This document shows, piece by piece, positions 59,040 to 64,000 of a DNA stretch of 64,000 nucleotides. The stretch comes from an uncultured delta proteobacterium. GTDB lineage: Bacteria > Bdellovibrionota > FAC87 > UBA2466. The notes under the pieces are model-generated. The model had not been told where the DNA came from. It ran no database searches and saw nothing but the letters and a program-made list of their open reading frames with translations. The number at the start of each line of letters is the position of its first letter. Position 1 is the stretch's first letter. Both the position numbers and the translations under genes were made by a program. The stretch is from assembly GCA_963778115.1 (NCBI GenBank), contig CAVZSV010000004.1, forward strand, positions 256,001 to 320,000, read 5' to 3'.

Positions 59040-60488
59040 CTAACCCACACTGCCTTCGAGACTGACGCCTAAGAGCTTTTGGGCTTCCACGGCGAACTCC
59101 ATCGGCAATTTCAAAAAAACCTCTTTGCAAAATCCATTGATAATCATAGAGACGGCATCTTCTTGAGAAATGCCTCTCTGCCGGCAATAAAACAGCTGAT
59201 CCTCTCCAATCTTTGACGTGGAAGCTTCATGCTCTACTTGAGAGGAGTTGTTCTTCACTTCGATATAAGGAAAAGTATGCGCTCCGCACTTGTCACCCAT
59301 CAGAAGAGAATCACACTGGGAATAGTTCCGGGAACCCGTGGCCCCTTTTTGGATCTTCACCAATCCGCGATAGGTATTTTGCCCTTTTCCCGCCGAAATC
59401 CCTTTGGAGACGATGGTACTCTTGGTGTTCTTTCCTAAATGAATCATTTTCGTCCCGGTATCAGCCTGCTGATAATGGTTGGTAAGGGCTACCGAGTAGA
59501 ACTCACCTACGGAATTATCACCTTGCAAGATTACACTCGGGTATTTCCACGTAATCGCAGATCCGGTCTCTACTTGAGTCCAAGAGATCTTAGAATTGAC
59601 TCCGCGGCACTTTCCGCGCTTGGTTACGAAATTATAGATTCCGCCCTTGCCCTCTTTATCGCCGGGATACCAGTTTTGCACGGTTGAGTATTTAATGGTG
59701 GCGTTGTCAGCGGCGATGAGCTCCACGACTGCCGCATGCAATTGATTTTCGTCTCGCATGGGAGCGGTACAGCCTTCCAAATAGCTAACATAACTATTTT
59801 CCTCGGCGACGATAAGAGTTCTTTCGAACTGTCCGGTGCCCGCCGCATTAATTCTAAAGTAGGTCGATAACTCGAGCGGACAATGCACGCCTTTGGGGAT
59901 GTAACAGAAAGAGCCATCACTAAAGACCGCTGCATTTAAAGCCGCGTAAAAGTTATCCGTATAAGGAACCACCGTTCCCAAATGCTTTCGGATAAGTTCC
60001 GGGTGATTTTTCACCGCTTCCGAAAAAGAGCAGAAGATAATGCCCATCTCGGCAAGCTTCTCTTTAAAAGTAGTCGCGACACTAACACTATCCACCACGG
60101 CATCCACAGCGATTCCGCTTAGCCGCTGCTGCTCGGCTAAAGAGATGCCCAGTTTATCGAACATCTTTCTCATTTCAGGATCGACTTCGTCCAAGCTCTT
60201 AGGGGCATCTTTCTTTTTCTTGGGAGCCGAATAGTAACTAATGTCTTGAAAATTTATTTTCGGATAGTGGACGTTTGGCCAGGTCGGCTCGGTTAGGGTA
60301 AGCCAGTGGCGGAACGCTTTTAGCCGTCCTTCCAGCATGAACTCAGGTTCGTTTTTCTTAGCCGATATTCCACGAATGATGTCCTCGGTTAGCCCAGGCG
60401 GAACGGTCTCCGCTTCAAAATCGGAAGTGAACCCGTACTTGTATTCCTGGTTCGCAATGTCTTCGATCGATGTAGTTTTTGGCTTCAT
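59040..60488 (-). CDS. sufB: Fe-S cluster assembly protein SufB
   Basis: [38 protein letters not shown]. Confidence 0.97.
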   Translation of the reverse strand: MKPKTTSIEDIANQEYKYGFTSDFEAETVPPGLTEDIIRGISAKKNEPEFMLEGRLKAFRHWLTLTEPTWPNVHYPKINFQDISYYSAPKKKKDAPKSLDEVDPEMRKMFDKLGISLAEQQRLSGIAVDAVVDSVSVATTFKEKLAEMGIIFCSFSEAVKNHPELIRKHLGTVVPYTDNFYAALNAAVFSDGSFCYIPKGVHCPLELSTYFRINAAGTGQFERTLIVAEENSYVSYLEGCTAPMRDENQLHAAVVELIAADNATIKYSTVQNWYPGDKEGKGGIYNFVTKRGKCRGVNSKISWTQVETGSAITWKYPSVILQGDNSVGEFYSVALTNHYQQADTGTKMIHLGKNTKSTIVSKGISAGKGQNTYRGLVKIQKGATGSRNYSQCDSLLMGDKCGAHTFPYIEVKNNSSQVEHEASTSKIGEDQLFYCRQRGISQEDAVSMIINGFCKEVFLKLPMEFAVEAQKLLGVSLEGSVG

Positions 60489-60937
60489 GTTGTTTTTCCT
60501 GTCACCAAAGAAAATTTCTCTGGCCTTCTAGAGGTACTCACCATGTCAGCGAGAGTCAGATCTTCCAAAGCTTTCCGGACCACGACGTTAATCTTTAGCC
60601 AATGGGTTCGGGTGGGGCACACCGATTCCATGCCGCAAAGACTATCCTCGTGGGTGCAACACTCGGTCACGGCAATGGGCCCTTCGAGAGTGCTTATGAT
60701 TTCGGCAATCGAAATGGCTTTTGCCGGACGGGCCAAACGATAACCGCCTGAGACTCCCCGATGGGAGACCAATAGCTCTGCTCGTGAGAGCACTTTTAAG
60801 ATCTTACTCACCGTAGGAAGGGGAAGCTTTGCCGACTCGGAGAGCTCACGTGCGTTAAAAGCAGAGGTCTCCATCGCTTTGGCAAAGTGGGACAAAAGCA
60901 CAATCCCGTAGTCTGTCATTTTACCGATGCGAAGCAC
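60485..60937 (-). CDS. Rrf2-family SUF system regulator
   Basis: [31 protein letters not shown]...C....C; first gene of the suf operon. Confidence 0.9.
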   Translation of the reverse strand: MLRIGKMTDYGIVLLSHFAKAMETSAFNARELSESAKLPLPTVSKILKVLSRAELLVSHRGVSGGYRLARPAKAISIAEIISTLEGPIAVTECCTHEDSLCGMESVCPTRTHWLKINVVVRKALEDLTLADMVSTSRRPEKFSLVTGKTT

Positions 60938-60959
60938 TGCTATTCCCCTCGGGTCGTAA

Positions 60960-60980
60960 TTGGTACAAAAGCAGTACTAT
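60960..60980. promoter_or_regulatory. Possible Rrf2 operator upstream of the suf operon
   Basis: Imperfect palindrome TTGGTAC-AAAAGCA-GTACTAT, about 25 bp upstream of the start. Confidence 0.35.
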
Positions 60981-61064
60981 ATTAGGGAGAATCGCTCTTA
61001 AATCAACCGATTTCTTGGGGGATTAAGCAACGAGGGTTAAGAATAAGGGATTAATCCTGGATAG

Positions 61065-62264
61065 CTATAGCTCTATCCCGCCATCCGAAGCAGGAACGGG
61101 CTTTCCTGCAGGAGCCGCGGGAGCGACAGCCGGCGGGGCTGGCCGAACGGGCGCGGGTCCAATGGGACATTGAAAGCGACCTTTAGTAATTTTGATGGGG
61201 GGAGGAAAACTTCCCGGAGCAAGCGCCGGCTTTATTCGATAAAGTACTAATTCGTTAATACGGCCCGAAACCGTGTTTTCCGTCGGGTTCACTTCCAAGT
61301 CGGAAACCTCTAGACCGCAGGTGTCAGCATTTCTCGGCCCATTTTTCAAACCGTAGATTTTTTGATCGGCAGTGCCAATGCCGTTTTTGTAGTTCACCTC
61401 GGCACTGTATCCATCTTTCTGTAAGTCTCCGCCGTTCCCCACTAAAGTATAGTTGGGTCTTACCGCTCCTCGATTTTGGATAAAGATCGATAGACTGACT
61501 TTACTCTTGGGCCAGCTGAAACTTAGCGAGAGCGCTTCATCCCCCGTTTGAGGATTTTTTTGAAGTGAGCAGATCCACTTACCCGGATCCAACACGGTCA
61601 CTTTCTTATCCGCGTCTTTAATCTCCACATAAACGGGGGAAACTTTGGGGGGTGCCGGTCTGGGGGCAACCGCTGGCTTAGCGGGATCCGGGGGGGTACC
61701 GTCCGCAGGAGTCGTTCCGTCCGCCGGTTTGGTAGCACCCTGCGCCGCAGGCGAATCCTTGGCTTCGTCGTGAATTTTAATAGCCTTAGCTCGGCTCCGC
61801 ATCATCTCTAACAATCTCTGTTTGGCGATGGGATTGGAGATTGGCTCCCCTTGTGGAACTCGAGTTACTAAAGTCGAGTTAAGACTGAGCGGAATGCCCA
61901 CCACTTGGTTTCCGCAATTTTGAATAATCTGATCATACTGAGCCAAGCTTTGTTGCCCACCGGAAAGAAACTGACTGGCGGACATGCCTGTCCCTGGTTG
62001 CTGCACAGCTTGTACGGCACACTGGCAAATCTCTGACACTTTGTCGGGATCGACAGTGGGGTTATTGGTTTGAACTTCCTCGATGCATTGGCTCGTGGCT
62101 TCGGGAGCTACGTCGGACCAATAGACTTGAGGTCCCGTATTCGCACGCTCCGCGGCGGAACAGCCCACAAGTAGGGACAGGGAGAGTAAACTCATCGAAT
62201 AAACGAATGTAAAACTACGCAAATCCCACCTCACTGGCAACCACGGGCTAAAAGCGCCCTTCAT
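61065..62264 (-). CDS. Hypothetical Pro-rich lipoprotein; start uncertain (62264 or 62195)
   Basis: Lipobox LVG-C; Cys-containing helical N-domain, PADGT-repeat Pro linker, beta-rich C-domain. Confidence 0.65.
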   Translation of the reverse strand: MKGAFSPWLPVRWDLRSFTFVYSMSLLSLSLLVGCSAAERANTGPQVYWSDVAPEATSQCIEEVQTNNPTVDPDKVSEICQCAVQAVQQPGTGMSASQFLSGGQQSLAQYDQIIQNCGNQVVGIPLSLNSTLVTRVPQGEPISNPIAKQRLLEMMRSRAKAIKIHDEAKDSPAAQGATKPADGTTPADGTPPDPAKPAVAPRPAPPKVSPVYVEIKDADKKVTVLDPGKWICSLQKNPQTGDEALSLSFSWPKSKVSLSIFIQNRGAVRPNYTLVGNGGDLQKDGYSAEVNYKNGIGTADQKIYGLKNGPRNADTCGLEVSDLEVNPTENTVSGRINELVLYRIKPALAPGSFPPPIKITKGRFQCPIGPAPVRPAPPAVAPAAPAGKPVPASDGGIEL

Positions 62265-62281
62265 CGCCAACGGGGGATAAA

Positions 62282-62297
62282 AGCAATCGGTATGCCA
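62282..62297 (-). promoter_or_regulatory. Putative sigma-54 promoter
   Basis: Minus strand TGGCAT-ACCGA-TTGCT, a near-consensus -24/-12 element. Confidence 0.6.
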
Positions 62298-62326
62298 CCG
62301 GAATAGGCTAAAGACCAATCCCAATG

Positions 62327-62396
62327 AGGCTAAAATCGCCGGGGCATGTGGCTATCGTGACCGCGTTCGTTAGTCGTTGTCTAACCGATAGCCAGA
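62327..62396. repeat. Imperfect 70-bp direct repeat, copy A (downstream of the HNH gene)
   Basis: AGGCTAAAATCG..GGCTATCGTGACCG..; 51/70 ungapped identities to 63821-63890 by manual count. Confidence 0.8.
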
Positions 62397-62504
62397 CTAA
62401 CGTGTCCTTGTCTTAAAGTTTGAGATCAAACAACACCGGTAGTTTACCTAACGGTGCCCCCCCCAGGCCATTGGGGGCATAATTTCAGTACAGAAATACA
62501 TTAA

Positions 62505-63410
62505 TTACCAACGCCACGTCCAATTATCGCTACTCACGAAAGATTGTTTCCTGTGAAGCATTCGATGATGGAAAGAGCACAGTGTTGTTAAGTTAGTAGA
62601 AGTGTGAAGCCCTCCAAGGCTAACTTCCTGTTTGTGATGCCGAGCTAACCACCTGCGCTCTGTACACCGCATTCCATCGGAACCGACATGGGTGCATTGA
62701 GCCCCTGTCTGTAGGCTTACGATGTGTCCGACTGGCCGTGGAATAGCGGTTCTCTTGCCATCTTTAATTGCCGGTCGCGCGACGGATAATTTTGGGGTTT
62801 TGCGGTTAAGAGCTCGCCCCGCTTTCTTTACGGGGTCATTTCTTTCTACGAAGGCTTCGAGGATGGTCTCGATTGCCTCTCCGGGCTTTACGTCTCTTTG
62901 TTTCTGAGAACTAAGTAGGTCAAGCGCCCGCTTAAGAAGCTCTTCGGCTTTGGGAGAAAGGGCACAGCGCAATTCAAAAAGGGATTCCGCAATTGGTTTC
63001 ACTGATTCTCTAACTAGGGTTTGGGGCTTCTCTTTAGCAATAGCGATTTCTAAGTCTCTTGTGGAAACGTTCTTTGCTTTCTCAATCCACTCCACTTGAT
63101 TTTCGACCTTAAGAACCTGAGTTAATTTTTTGGCGGCTGTTATCGAAATCTCATCTTTCTTGATAGCTTCCTTAGGAGCTGGGACCTTTGTGGCAAGTTG
63201 AGCGATGCGAATATAGGTGCAGGCTCTGTCTTGAGAAAGGCGAAGTCGTTTCGTGCAATAGGCATAGAGAGATTTAAGGTCATAGTCTTCATAGATCTTA
63301 AGACGCTCCACTAATTGCAAAGTCTCGATAAGTTCACTTTCTTTGCTCTGAACTTCCGAAGCGAGTCGAATGGCTTTTTGGTCGATTTCAGGGCGGGTGT
63401 AAAGTGTCAT
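62505..63410 (-). CDS. HNH endonuclease with long helical N-terminal region
   Basis: GAGGAG RBS; SLYAYC...L.LS N-region; C-terminal QC......RC......HH......GG.....NL.TLC..HH. Confidence 0.85.
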   Translation of the reverse strand: MTLYTRPEIDQKAIRLASEVQSKESELIETLQLVERLKIYEDYDLKSLYAYCTKRLRLSQDRACTYIRIAQLATKVPAPKEAIKKDEISITAAKKLTQVLKVENQVEWIEKAKNVSTRDLEIAIAKEKPQTLVRESVKPIAESLFELRCALSPKAEELLKRALDLLSSQKQRDVKPGEAIETILEAFVERNDPVKKAGRALNRKTPKLSVARPAIKDGKRTAIPRPVGHIVSLQTGAQCTHVGSDGMRCTERRWLARHHKQEVSLGGLHTSTNLTTLCSFHHRMLHRKQSFVSSDNWTWRW

Positions 63411-63820
63411 TTGATTGGAGGCTCCTCTCTCGTCGATAGATTTAAGCATTTGATACTCCGCGGCAGTGCTGTTTTCAATCGAAAAAGAGAGATAAATTGC
63501 GTTTTATCGACGATACCTTGAGGGAATCGAGTAGATGGTGCCGTCGCGCCGCTCATGAAAAGTTTGTACCTTCCGACGCTGGTGATTGAGTGACGATGTG
63601 AGGATGAACTGCGTGATGTAATTTGAAGCGGACCTTCCTAGAAGTCCCTGATTTCTTTTGCACGAGGTCGTTGTGTAGGCGGAGATATTATTTAATTCTT
63701 CTGTCGCTGGTATTCTTGTTTTTTTCTTTTTATATTTTCGGATCTCGGTTTGTCCGTCGCGCGACGGGTAGAGGGACTTTTTGTTTTTGGGTTTGGGGGC
63801 TTACGGTGCGGACTGCCTTA

Positions 63821-63890
63821 AGGCTAAAATCGTGGACGTCTGAGGCTATCGTGACCGTCTTCGGTTGCCATTGCCTATTCAGTAGACAGA
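63821..63890. repeat. Imperfect 70-bp direct repeat, copy B (upstream of the HNH gene)
   Basis: Ungapped match to 62327-62396. Confidence 0.8.
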
Positions 63891-64000
63891 GCGGTATTCG
63901 CCCTACCTCCAGATTTCCCTCAATAGAAGGCTCCTAGTGTTTGCGCTTGTGGTGGTGACGTTTCCCATGGTGTTTTCCTGACCTTGCCATCCGACGAGGC

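Noticed and set aside
62505..63410. IscB/Cas9-type RNA-guided nuclease
   Set aside because: No recognisable PLMP or RuvC motifs; only a C-terminal HNH module

Overview
A ~50% GC bacterial chromosomal segment. Its gene content (TIGR02147/DUF4423 regulator, AgmX/PglI-type lipoprotein, PilZ fusion, many secreted orphans, helical-HNH gene) suggests a Bdellovibrionota/Oligoflexia-like or related deltaproteobacterial lineage; this is an inference. Housekeeping blocks: aminotransferase, VanX/DdpX, a tRNA thiolase-like gene-pyrF-rlmB-tRNA-Thr-tRNA-Tyr block, and a complete suf operon with an Rrf2 regulator. These bracket about 42 kb of accessory genes. Most notable: (1) a translationally coupled six-gene operon (response regulator, nucleoside phosphorylase, SAM methyltransferase, EamA exporter, orphan NMT1/THI5 binding protein, sensor kinase) that looks like a self-contained make-export-sense circuit for a modified nucleobase/nucleoside signal; (2) a Clp/Hsp100-like double AAA+ protein with a signal-peptide-like N-terminus and altered catalytic motifs; (3) an HNH gene bracketed by 70-bp imperfect direct repeats, with related palindromic motifs repeated in a distant intergenic region; (4) a bufferin-type MNIO RiPP cluster with a 5-Cys precursor and an attached exported thioredoxin/YyaL protein; (5) three tandem DUF1566 paralogues behind a TIGR02147 regulator; (6) an EamA-PilZ fusion. 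Two genes show frameshifts (Omp85 family; Ig tail of a glycoside hydrolase). No CRISPR array, rRNA, integrase or reverse transcriptase was seen. All family calls are from motif recognition by eye, not database searches.
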